A stretch of DNA of 64,000 nt from Flavobacteriales bacterium (GCA_040377305.1 JBEIPA010000014.1:64001-128000), one strand, 5' to 3'; positions 21,364 to 29,010 are shown, counted from the stretch's first letter. Program-made: numbers and translations. Notes: generated by a model not told the origin, from the letters alone.

Positions 21364-21882
21364 CTATTCAAGTTTCTCGATGCGCGCTACTTTGAAAATA
21401 TAAAGCATGCGGTCATCCCACACTTTTCCGGTTACACGCACCTTATCACCATGAACGATTTCGTTCCCACTATTGTCGTAAATCAATAGATCCTTGTCTT
21501 CGTAATCTTCCGGAATGGGTGCCATGGTGTTTTCGCAATCGCCTTCCCAAATCATCATGGTTACGTAGTCTCCTTCCATTGTTGAATCCTGTTTAAGATT
21601 CACGAGATACGTTCCGCTGTTCAGGTAAGTCATATTAGGCATTTCCGCATAACCTTCGAAGGTTACAAGTTCTTCCTTCGCAGGATAATTTGCGGCCGTA
21701 TCCCATTCGAGTGGCGTGCCGTGTGCAACCTTTGCAGGGCCTCCAGGACAAACTTCTTCTTCAGGCGTCTTGTGTACAGCAGGTTTGTCGTTGCAGTTTG
21801 CCCAGATTAAACCCGTTGTAATTCCACCAACAACGATCAATGCCATGATAAATCGGACGATAGCTTGTGCTTTGCTTTCCAT
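21364..21882 (-). CDS. Hypothetical membrane-anchored protein (possible OB fold)
   Basis: N-terminal TM; GDKVRVTGKV near the C terminus. Confidence 0.55.
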   Translation of the reverse strand: MESKAQAIVRFIMALIVVGGITTGLIWANCNDKPAVHKTPEEEVCPGGPAKVAHGTPLEWDTAANYPAKEELVTFEGYAEMPNMTYLNSGTYLVNLKQDSTMEGDYVTMMIWEGDCENTMAPIPEDYEDKDLLIYDNSGNEIVHGDKVRVTGKVWDDRMLYIFKVARIEKLE

Positions 21883-21903
21883 ATTCCAGATATTTAGTTT
21901 GTT

Positions 21904-22455
21904 CTACTGTTCAGTACCATGAAGCCAGAATCGCGATACTGGTTTACTGCCGCGTTCATCTATATTTTTGTCTATCTCTTCGTCAAAGAAATAATAAATT
22001 CTGTTTCCGGGAAGCGAAAAACTTTGGCAGGACCATGCTTGAATTGGAATTACTTCACTGCTTCCGCTATTCCCACTTAGTGTGTAAATGATTTCCTCCA
22101 GCAAAAGCGTGTTGAATGAATTATTGATAATCATCACCGAATCGGAATCATAGGTTTTTGTTATCTCGTTTCCATCGGCGAGCATATAACTGAAAGTTCC
22201 GAAAGCGCGGTAAGTAGAAACTTCATTCTCTGCGTCAACAATATACAGTCGCCCGACTCCGAACATCAGTCCCGCAAACAATACACCTGCAAGAAATAGT
22301 CCGACCACAAAACCCTGGCGGCTTTTCATTTTTGTCCGGATGAACCACGAAACACCCCAGAAAATTGCGATGGTAAAAAGTGAGACGAGAATAGTGTAAA
22401 TGATATTGTTGATCAGCATGCAGGCAAAAGGTATAAAAAAAGGTCCAGACAACAC
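21904..22455 (-). CDS. Hypothetical membrane protein
   Basis: Two N-terminal TM segments. Confidence 0.55.
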   Translation of the reverse strand: MLSGPFFIPFACMLINNIIYTILVSLFTIAIFWGVSWFIRTKMKSRQGFVVGLFLAGVLFAGLMFGVGRLYIVDAENEVSTYRAFGTFSYMLADGNEITKTYDSDSVMIINNSFNTLLLEEIIYTLSGNSGSSEVIPIQAWSCQSFSLPGNRIYYFFDEEIDKNIDERGSKPVSRFWLHGTEQ

Positions 22456-22475
22456 CAGGTCATCCGGACTCTTTT
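22436..22475 (-). terminator. Terminator after rtcB (end of the Ro60 operon)
   Basis: ggtccaga...tccggact imperfect hairpin with flanking A7 tract. Confidence 0.5.
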
Positions 22476-22481
22476 CATTCT

Positions 22482-23885
22482 TTACCCATCCATTCGCACG
22501 ATACGCGGACTGAACTTTCCTACGATGTCGACTAAATCAACTTGCGCCTCCATCACCTGAAAAATGTCTTTGTACGCATGTGGCGATTCATCCAGACCAC
22601 CACCGATTAACGTCACGTTATTTTCTTTCAGCACAGATTTCATCTCTGCATTCGTTACGTTTTTCATTGCTGCTGTACGCGACATTTTACGTCCCGCTCC
22701 ATGAGAAGCAGAGTTGATGGAAATGCTCGCACCTTTTCCGCGTACAATGAATCCCGGTGCAGTCATCGATCCCGGAATAATTCCGAGAACGCCTTTGCCG
22801 GCAGGTGTTGCACCTTTACGATGCACGATTACATCTTTGCCGTTGAATTTTTCTTTCCATGCAAAGTTGTGGTGGTTTTCTACCATCGCGATGGGTTCAA
22901 CACCAAGCGCAGCTGCAATCTTCTCGTGAATTTTGTGATGACACGCCGAAGCATAATCACCAGCGAGATTCATTGCAAGCCAATACTCTTGTCCTTCCTG
23001 AGTTGAAAGATCAAGCCACGCAAGATGTTTTGCTTCCTGCGGCAAACGACATTTCTCCATTGCCACTTTCGTGTAATGGTTCGCAATCGTTGCGCCAAGT
23101 CCGCGCGAACCGGAATGCGACAACAACGCGAGGTATCGACCTAATGGAAGATTGAACTCGTTGTTCTCATCGCTGATATCAACAACTCCGAATTCCACAA
23201 AGTGATTTCCCGAACCGGATGTTCCCATTTGCTTCACTGCTTTCAGCTGCAGACCTTTCAGCAATGGAATTTCATCGAACAACTTTCGGTCAGTCACTTC
23301 AAACTCTTTGTTCTCCTTGAACTCTTGTCCTGAACCAAAGAGTGTATTATCCGTAAGCACTTTGTAAAGTCCGCGCGAGTCGGTGTCGATGATCTCGTGC
23401 GGAGTCGGAAAAATACTCAGGCACATTCGGCAACCGATGTCGACGCCAACTCCATAAGGAATAATTGCGTTTTCCGTAGCGAGTACACCACCGATCGGCA
23501 ATCCATAACCCTGATGCGCATCCGGCATCAAAGCACCGGCAACTGCAACCGGCAAACGAATTGCCACATCCATTTGTTTACGCGCACCATCTTCGATCTG
23601 ATCTCCACCGTAAATTGCGTAAGATCCTTGTTCGATGCGCAATGCAATTTCGGGACCTTCCGCTTCTTTCGGCTTTTCCGTCAACGCATCCGCAATCGCA
23701 GCGAGGTTCGTGTCGTCGAGATAATCCGCAGGTGCAGCAAGAATATTTTTCAGCATCTCCATCACATCTTCACGTGATGATTTGCGGTAATACTTTTCAA
23801 TGATGTTGAGGGCAATTCCCACAACGCGTCCTTGTTTGTATCCAAGTTCGCGAAGGTGATCTCCGGTGATGTTTAATTTGTTCAT
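22482..23885 (-). CDS. rtcB: RtcB RNA ligase (copy 1)
   Basis: MPDAH.GYGLPIGG, VGVDIGC, GNHFVE, HSGSRG, HNFA, HRKGAT, SHGAGR. Confidence 0.95.
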   Translation of the reverse strand: MNKLNITGDHLRELGYKQGRVVGIALNIIEKYYRKSSREDVMEMLKNILAAPADYLDDTNLAAIADALTEKPKEAEGPEIALRIEQGSYAIYGGDQIEDGARKQMDVAIRLPVAVAGALMPDAHQGYGLPIGGVLATENAIIPYGVGVDIGCRMCLSIFPTPHEIIDTDSRGLYKVLTDNTLFGSGQEFKENKEFEVTDRKLFDEIPLLKGLQLKAVKQMGTSGSGNHFVEFGVVDISDENNEFNLPLGRYLALLSHSGSRGLGATIANHYTKVAMEKCRLPQEAKHLAWLDLSTQEGQEYWLAMNLAGDYASACHHKIHEKIAAALGVEPIAMVENHHNFAWKEKFNGKDVIVHRKGATPAGKGVLGIIPGSMTAPGFIVRGKGASISINSASHGAGRKMSRTAAMKNVTNAEMKSVLKENNVTLIGGGLDESPHAYKDIFQVMEAQVDLVDIVGKFSPRIVRMDG

Positions 23886-24514
23886 TTTACTAATTGTATT
23901 TCTTGTGTAACATAAATTCGAGGTTGTTCAACTTTATTTGTTGACTCGAATTTCATAGCGATGATTTCTTCGCAAGCGCGAGTAATGTGCACAACCATTT
24001 CATCGACATTAATATTTAATATCCCGTCTGCACGAAGAATTGTACCTCCACCTTGCGCATGTGAAAACCTGAGTTTGCCCTTTGGGGCAAAACAGTGAAC
24101 TAAGCCGCATCGCATTTCATCATATAGATCAAATGTTCCATTGGATTCTGCTTTTAAATACGCTCGATAATCCTTAAGAGATGCGAGATTCCGAATGGAG
24201 CGCTCAAAGTCCTCACGAACAGTGCCCGATTTATCCCAAACTGTTGGGGAATTTTCATTTATACACTTTCCGAAGAATTCAATTGCCGAACTCATGCAAA
24301 TTGCCCCGAGCCATGGCGATACTTTAACCACAGCTTGCATTTCGTCAATAAGTACAGTCCGCATAAATTGCTTAGTTGGAATGGGCATCTGCACAACAAA
24401 ATGTGATTTATCATCAGTAAAGCCAAAGACAACATTTTTCATTTGTTCATCCGTGAAAAGGTGCTTTCGTTGAAACTCTTGAAGGATCGATTGAACTGAT
24501 ATTTCTTTCATCAT
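23882..24514 (-). CDS. Putative HEPN-domain protein
   Basis: Helical ORF with AIEFFG and RCGLVH (Rx4H); 4-nt overlap with the rtcB start. Confidence 0.55.
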   Translation of the reverse strand: MMKEISVQSILQEFQRKHLFTDEQMKNVVFGFTDDKSHFVVQMPIPTKQFMRTVLIDEMQAVVKVSPWLGAICMSSAIEFFGKCINENSPTVWDKSGTVREDFERSIRNLASLKDYRAYLKAESNGTFDLYDEMRCGLVHCFAPKGKLRFSHAQGGGTILRADGILNINVDEMVVHITRACEEIIAMKFESTNKVEQPRIYVTQEIQLVK

Positions 24515-24552
24515 GATTATTCTATACTAATCAATTTACAAAATTTGTTTTG

Positions 24553-24623
24553 ACGACCGACAGGGATTCGAACCCCGATCCTCAGATTCGTATTCTGAGA
24601 TTCTTCCGTTGAACTATCGATCG
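24553..24623 (-). tRNA. tRNA-Arg(ACG), atypical
   Basis: CGATCGA/TCGGTCG acceptor, TCAGA-ATACGAA-TCTGA anticodon arm, GGTTCGAATCC. Confidence 0.85.
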
Positions 24624-24656
24624 AAATACAGTGTCGGGATACGATCCCGACACCTC

Positions 24657-24788
24657 ACAGGCAAAAAGCGAAAAGAGACTGTTTGCATTGCTCTACCACT
24701 GAGCTACACACAACTTTCGCTATGTGGCCGGATTCGAACCGGCGTCCCATGGATTGGAAGTCGAAGTAACTCTTTTCTACGGCACTGT
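24657..24788 (-). ncRNA. Y RNA (YrlA-like) with circularly permuted tRNA domain (Y1)
   Basis: 5' GTGCCGTA-GAAAAGAG-TTACTTC stem closed by CTCTTTTC; T arm precedes a GAAA-capped acceptor stem and a D arm (TAGCTCAGTGGTAGAGC); downstream of the TROVE gene. Confidence 0.85.
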
Positions 24789-24794
24789 TCATTG

Positions 24795-24868
24795 GGTGTT
24801 AGATCGGTTTCGATCCGATTACCTCTTGCTTCACAAGCAAGCGCTCTCCCGAGTGAGCTACAAACACC
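24795..24868 (-). tRNA. tRNA-His(GTG)
   Basis: G-1:C73, CTTGC-TTGTGAA-GCAAG arm, unusual T loop ATCGAAA. Confidence 0.85.
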
Positions 24869-24873
24869 GTGTT

Positions 24874-24957
24874 CAGTAGGCAGTTTGGCAGTAGTGCAGT
24901 TGGCAGTCAAAATATAATTCTCTGACTGCCTACTGCCCAACTGCTTACTGCCTACTG
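24874..24957. repeat. CAGTAGG/CAGTTGG heptamer hairpin spacer
   Basis: Tandem cagtNgg units followed by their reverse complement. Confidence 0.8.
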
Positions 24958-24963
24958 TTCTTG

Positions 24964-25037
24964 TACTCTGTGTGGGATTCGAACCCACGTGATCTGGTCG
25001 AAAACCAGATATACTAGACCAACTATATGAACAGAGC
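24964..25037 (-). tRNA. tRNA-Glu(TTC)
   Basis: GCTCTGT/ACAGAGT acceptor, TCTGG-TTTTCGA-CCAGA arm, GTGGG-TTCGAAT-CCCAC. Confidence 0.88.
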
Positions 25038-25122
25038 CTGATTGATTTGCGGATGACGCGCCGGGTTCTCTCCTTTGGAGAGTTAGAGAGGCGCGGCGCG
25101 TAATCCGCAAATCAATCTTCAG

Positions 25123-25196
25123 TCGCGACAGCAGGATTCGAACCTACATCTTCTCCAGTCCAAGTGGAGAGGCTTAGCCAATTAGCCGACCTCGCG
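25123..25196 (-). tRNA. tRNA-Pro(TGG)
   Basis: C1-G72, A73, CTCCA-CTTGGAC-TGGAG arm; one acceptor mismatch. Confidence 0.82.
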
Positions 25197-25285
25197 ATGT
25201 TGATTAGCTGATTTTTAATTTCTGATTTCTGATGCTGAAAGGTGTTACCCCAAGAGCTAATCAAAAATCAGCTAATCCTATTTAT

Positions 25286-25390
25286 TGTGAGGAAAAAATC
25301 ACAGAAAAGACGAAAGCGCCATCTTTCGATGTCAGGATTCGAACCTGTTTCTTCCTGCCACGAAGTATCTCTTCTGTTACGTCACTCACA
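25286..25390 (-). ncRNA. Y-like RNA Y2 (T arm + short capped stem)
   Basis: GTGACGTA-ACAGAAGAG-ATACTTC stem; CAGG-TTCGAAT-CCTG; CATC-GAAA-GATG. Confidence 0.7.
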
Positions 25391-25421
25391 AACTCAAAGA
25401 ACAAATTCAATTTCAAAATAA

Positions 25422-25510
25422 GCGGGCAAAAGTCAATCAGAGTCTGCCGGGATTTGAACCCGCGTCTTTCGACTTTCTACCAAAGAAGTATCTCTGATTT
25501 ACGGCACCGT
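25422..25510 (-). ncRNA. Y-like RNA Y3 (T arm only)
   Basis: GTGCCGTA-AATCAGAG-ATACTTC paired with CTCTGATT; CGGG-TTCAAAT-CCCG. Confidence 0.7.
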
Positions 25511-25523
25511 TTACTTTTAACTA

Positions 25524-26051
25524 TTATCTCGTCGGGATCTTCAATCCCATTTTCTTCATCGCAAGCAATGCTTCTGCATTTCCGATTGCGTCGTTGACCG
25601 GGTTGTGATCATGACGCGTTTTGCGAAACAATCGCTTCCACTCGCTGTTCAGTCCTCCATCCATTTTCATTCCACAATACAGATCACCGATTCGTCTGCC
25701 TGAAAATCCAAACGGATTTTTTCCCAGGTAGAAATGGAAGTAATAATTAATCCACTGCCAATCGAACGCGAGGTTATCGCTGATGAATATTGCTTTGCCG
25801 TCGGATGTTGCGTTCAACCATTCGGAGAAACGTTTCATCACTTCGGCGGGCTCCTCGAACGACTCGTGTTGCCCGCGTGTGAAACCACTTACTGCAAGTG
25901 CATCCGGAATCCATTCTTTGGAAATTGGTTGCGTCTTTCCGTAGAATGTTTTCGCGAGTGTGGGTTCTATCACCACTGCACCGAAGCAAACCATCGAATA
26001 TTTATTTGGGATGGGCCCATCGGCCTCTACATCCACTACTATGTAACTCAT
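25524..26051 (-). CDS. DEDDh 3'-5' exo(ribo)nuclease
   Basis: VDVEADG (ExoI), DNLAFD (ExoII), HNPVNDA (ExoIII). Confidence 0.85.
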   Translation of the reverse strand: MSYIVVDVEADGPIPNKYSMVCFGAVVIEPTLAKTFYGKTQPISKEWIPDALAVSGFTRGQHESFEEPAEVMKRFSEWLNATSDGKAIFISDNLAFDWQWINYYFHFYLGKNPFGFSGRRIGDLYCGMKMDGGLNSEWKRLFRKTRHDHNPVNDAIGNAEALLAMKKMGLKIPTR

Positions 26052-26083
26052 TTTGTTTTTGTTTTTAATCAATTTAATAATTT

Positions 26084-26156
26084 AAGCTGGCAACAAACTC
26101 GCAGAGGTTTTGGTCTAATTAACAGTTAGAAGTAACTCTGCAATACGGCACAGCTT
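26084..26156 (-). ncRNA. Y-like RNA Y4 (minimal, anticodon stem-loop cargo)
   Basis: GTGCCGTA-TTGCAGAG-TTACTTC stem with CTCTGCGA; TCTAA-CTGTTAA-TTAGA hairpin. Confidence 0.7.
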
Positions 26157-26214
26157 GCCGATGTGCCGATTTCCAATATGCCAATATGCCGATTGGAAAT
26201 ACCTCAATAAAATT

Positions 26215-26332
26215 CGGAAGCAAAAAACGATTCGGGTGGGGCGTCGCAATGAGGATTTGCACCTCTTCCTGGTTTTTACATCAGGACCCTTGCCCCCTGT
26301 CGAGCGAAGTATCCCGGCTCTACGGCATTCCG
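26215..26332 (-). ncRNA. Y-like RNA Y5
   Basis: ATGCCGTA-GAGCCGGG-ATACTTC, terminal CGGAA/TTCCG pairing, GAGG-TGCAAAT-CCTC T-loop-like hairpin. Confidence 0.62.
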
Positions 26333-26335
26333 TTT

Positions 26336-26421
26336 CAGTAGGCCGTTTGGCAGGCGTTCAGTAGGCAGTCAAAATTTATTCCTAATGACTGCCGACTGCA
26401 CTACCGCACTACTGCCTACTG
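26336..26421. repeat. CAGTAGG heptamer hairpin spacer
   Basis: Same family as 24874-24957. Confidence 0.75.
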
Positions 26422-26427
26422 ATTAAA

Positions 26428-26645
26428 CAACGGTAACTGGCAACAAGTCTGCTTTCTGCTTTCACAGAATACGGCCGTCCTATTTCTGTATTGCTACAGA
26501 CAGTTGACTGGTAATCATCATCCGCATGGTGTCAGGATCTGAAATCCTGATACTGCGCACTCAGATTAACGTTCGCGAACCACAGTTACCCGTGCATCAC
26601 TACCTTAGGACCGTTATCGAAGTATGACCCGTTTACGACACGTTG
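26428..26645 (-). ncRNA. Y-like RNA Y6 with 23S rRNA H69/H70-like cargo
   Basis: CAACG/CGTTG ends, GTGTCGTA-AACGGGTC-ATACTTC paired with GACTTGTT; cargo contains ATAACGGTCCTAAGGTAG and CGGCCGTA. Confidence 0.65.
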
Positions 26646-26766
26646 TGTGATGTCAGGATCCTATCCTGACAGTGCACATAATTTTTTCAAAGAACGTTTG
26701 TACTAACCAAGCCGTCGGGCGACCTCTCCTTCAGTGCAATTTCCGAAGGAGAGGCGTAGCCGTAAA

Positions 26767-28281
26767 CTACAACTCGAGTTGTTTTATCATCGCGATTGCA
26801 TCTGTACCGTTTTCTGCAGCATACAATACGTCGAACACTTTATCTGACCAGCCCGCGATGAGTGTTACATCGTCGCGCTGCACACTGATTGGTGTGTTAC
26901 CGTAACCTGCGAGGTCGAACAAGTACAGTTTCGCCATTGGCGCAATCTGTTTGTATTCTTTCCACGCCGTCTGCAACGAATCACCGTCAGCTTTGGTATT
27001 CCACATCTGGCAGTCAGTGAACATCATCACTTTGTCCATCACAACATTGCGCTGAACAAGATCTTTGATCACCAGGTAACCATTTGTGGCGTAACCAACT
27101 TCACCTTCCCGCTTGTAGTACTCATCAACATTCGCAAGTACTCCACGGTTAGGCATGTTGATTACCTTCCAGCGATCTCCGAACATTCCGGAAACCACTC
27201 GTTCACACTTGCTCTGCATCAGCATACCCAGTACCAGACCGATATCGAACAAATACACTTTGCTCTTCGCCGAGATTGGTTTCTGCATTGAACCCGAAAC
27301 GTCACACGCAATCAACACACGTGTTTTGTAATCGAATCCGCTGATGTTTTTCGCTGAAGCTACAATTGCATCTTCCAGCGCGTTAAGTATCATCGACACG
27401 TAATCAGCTTTCAGCACTTTCACTTCACGGTATGCAGACAGGAAACGGAATGGCAACTGCTTCGATTTCGCAACCTGGTTTGCATCAGAAAGCGTATCAC
27501 ACACTTTTTTGATTGCATCCCATGATACACCCGCTTCAATCATGTTACGGATGTTACGCAACATCGCCATGTATCCCAGCTTACCGCTGAAGATCAGTTC
27601 TTCCCATTTCGCACGAACCGCAAGCTCTTTTGCTTTTGCATCAGCGAATTTTTGCTGACCCAAAGCAGAAAGTTCAGTTTCCCAGGTATAAGCAACAGAC
27701 AGCTCTTTCGCAGCGATCTTGTTGAAGACTGCTTGCTGTTCATCACTTTTCGCTTTCGGGTGAACAAGGAACAATGCATCACGCAACGTTACTGCCGCTT
27801 CACGGTTGTATTTCGAGAACTGGTATTCATCAAAACGATTGAACGCCTTTGCGAGTCCTTTCTGTACCTGTTTCGAAAGCTTGTTCAGTTTCTTAGTTCC
27901 CGAACGGTTGTTCGCCAGTTGGTAGTAAGCCAGAAGCTCAGTGATCTCATCAGCACGCTGAACGACACCGTTCACCGCTTTGGATACAACTATATTTCCG
28001 GAGTTACGTTTTGCAAGTTCGACTGCAAGCACCTGTGGAATAGAACGCATGTACATTTTGTTACGTGCATACACCGCAAGCTTCGCCACGAATTCAGCAT
28101 CTGTCTTCTCCATGAGATCCACGATACGTTGAAGACGCTCGTTTCCTTTCTCATAGAACGAATCGCTCAGTCCTGCGGTTACTACCGCTGAATACAGTTC
28201 GAGCTCAGGAGTCATTGCGAATGCTTTTGCGCCTTCGTAATTAGTGACTGCTGTTTTACGTTTGAAGATGTTGAATTTCAT
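26767..28281 (-). CDS. rsr: Ro60/Rsr TROVE-domain RNA-binding protein with vWA domain
   Basis: NYEGAKAF, FDEYQFSKY, YTWETELS, LGYMAMLRN, QLPFRF, DVSGSM MIDAS, FTDCQ. Confidence 0.93.
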   Translation of the reverse strand: MKFNIFKRKTAVTNYEGAKAFAMTPELELYSAVVTAGLSDSFYEKGNERLQRIVDLMEKTDAEFVAKLAVYARNKMYMRSIPQVLAVELAKRNSGNIVVSKAVNGVVQRADEITELLAYYQLANNRSGTKKLNKLSKQVQKGLAKAFNRFDEYQFSKYNREAAVTLRDALFLVHPKAKSDEQQAVFNKIAAKELSVAYTWETELSALGQQKFADAKAKELAVRAKWEELIFSGKLGYMAMLRNIRNMIEAGVSWDAIKKVCDTLSDANQVAKSKQLPFRFLSAYREVKVLKADYVSMILNALEDAIVASAKNISGFDYKTRVLIACDVSGSMQKPISAKSKVYLFDIGLVLGMLMQSKCERVVSGMFGDRWKVINMPNRGVLANVDEYYKREGEVGYATNGYLVIKDLVQRNVVMDKVMMFTDCQMWNTKADGDSLQTAWKEYKQIAPMAKLYLFDLAGYGNTPISVQRDDVTLIAGWSDKVFDVLYAAENGTDAIAMIKQLEL

Positions 28282-28327
28282 GACTGTTTGTTTTAATTGT
28301 TATTGACGCTGCAAATGTTTTACTCAT

Positions 28328-28348
28328 CTACGCAATGGTCTTGCGCAG
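28328..28348. promoter_or_regulatory. Candidate WYL-regulator operator (site 1)
   Basis: CTACGCAA-N5-TTGCGCAG just upstream of the TROVE gene. Confidence 0.6.
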
Positions 28349-28434
28349 TTCGATTTATTTTAACTTTTTGTTTTAATCGCCTGATTTTCAGTTGGCATTA
28401 ATTCGTTTTTTCAATCGCAACATTTATTGCGGCG

Positions 28435-28507
28435 TTGGAAAGGAAGGGCTCGAACCTTCGACCTTGTGCGTATAAGGCACGTGCTCTTACCACTGAGCTA
28501 CTCTCCA
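28435..28507 (-). tRNA. tRNA-Ile(TAT)
   Basis: TGGAGAG/CTTTCCA acceptor, GTGC-CTTATAC-GCAC arm, canonical D and T arms. Confidence 0.82.
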
Positions 28508-28514
28508 AGTCTTG

Positions 28515-28586
28515 CGGCGCGGATTGGACTTGAACCAATATAATCTCCCTTAACAGGGGAGAGCTCTACCATTGAGCTACCAGGCC
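28515..28586 (-). tRNA. tRNA-Asn(GTT)
   Basis: CTCCC-CTGTTAA-GGGAG arm, G73; one acceptor mismatch. Confidence 0.85.
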
Positions 28587-28591
28587 ATTTG

Positions 28592-28664
28592 CGGTAACGA
28601 TGGGATTCGAACCCACAACTTTCCGATAGACAATCGGACGCTCTAGCCGTTGAACTACGCTACC
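28592..28664 (-). tRNA. tRNA-Asp(GTC)
   Basis: GGTAGCG/CGTTACC, TCCGA-TTGTCTA-TCGGA arm, G73. Confidence 0.87.
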
Positions 28665-28669
28665 ATTTG

Positions 28670-28742
28670 TGGACAAGGAAGGAATTGAACCTTCATCTTC
28701 TGATCTTCAGTCAGCCGCATTCACCGCGTTTGCTACCTGTCC
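28670..28742 (-). tRNA. tRNA-Phe(GAA)
   Basis: GGACAGG/CTTGTCC, CTGA-CTGAAGA-TCAG arm. Confidence 0.85.
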
Positions 28743-28748
28743 GTTTTG

Positions 28749-28822
28749 TTGACCCACCAGGGCTCGAACCTGGAACCCCCACTTTAAAAGAGCGGTGCAT
28801 CTAACCATTGAGCTATGGATCA
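28749..28822 (-). tRNA. tRNA-Lys(TTT)
   Basis: TGATCCA/TGGGTCA, CCGCT-CTTTTAA-AGTGG arm. Confidence 0.85.
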
Positions 28823-28835
28823 ATATTTCTTCGCT

Positions 28836-28891
28836 TGTCCTCCTTCGGCAAAGCCTGTGCTGAGCGAAGTCGAAGTGCTCAGTCTGACAAG
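28836..28891. repeat. REP-like element (CTGAGCGAAGTCGAAG family)
   Basis: ctgagcgaagtcgaag core; inverted relative cttcgactacgctcag at about 28988-29003. Confidence 0.6.
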
Positions 28892-28894
28892 TCG

Positions 28895-28965
28895 TTGTCG
28901 GAAATGGATTTGAACCACTATAGCCAGATTCAAACTCTGGTGTCCTACCATTAGACGATCCGACA
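28895..28965 (-). tRNA. tRNA-Gln(TTG)
   Basis: TGTCGGA/TCCGACA, CCAGA-GTTTGAA-TCTGG arm. Confidence 0.87.
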
Positions 28966-29010
28966 TTCAGTGTGTTTTCTTGTCATTCTTCGACTACGCT
29001 CAGTATGACA

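Noticed and set aside
25422-25510. tmRNA 3' end (GACGCGGGTTCAAATCCCG)
   Set aside because: No tmRNA acceptor, CCA end or tag region; the word is also generic for T arms
24609-25597. ORFs 24609-24917, 24704-24988 and 25232-25597
   Set aside because: They overlap tRNA and Y-like RNA genes and have no protein-like features
26215-26332. Cobalamin riboswitch (GGTGCAAATCC)
   Set aside because: Lacks the GCCACTG B12-box and the other core motifs, and carries the Y-type stem instead
26591-26617. 23S rRNA gene or pseudogene
   Set aside because: The match is short, permuted and enclosed in a Y-type stem, with no colinear rRNA around it
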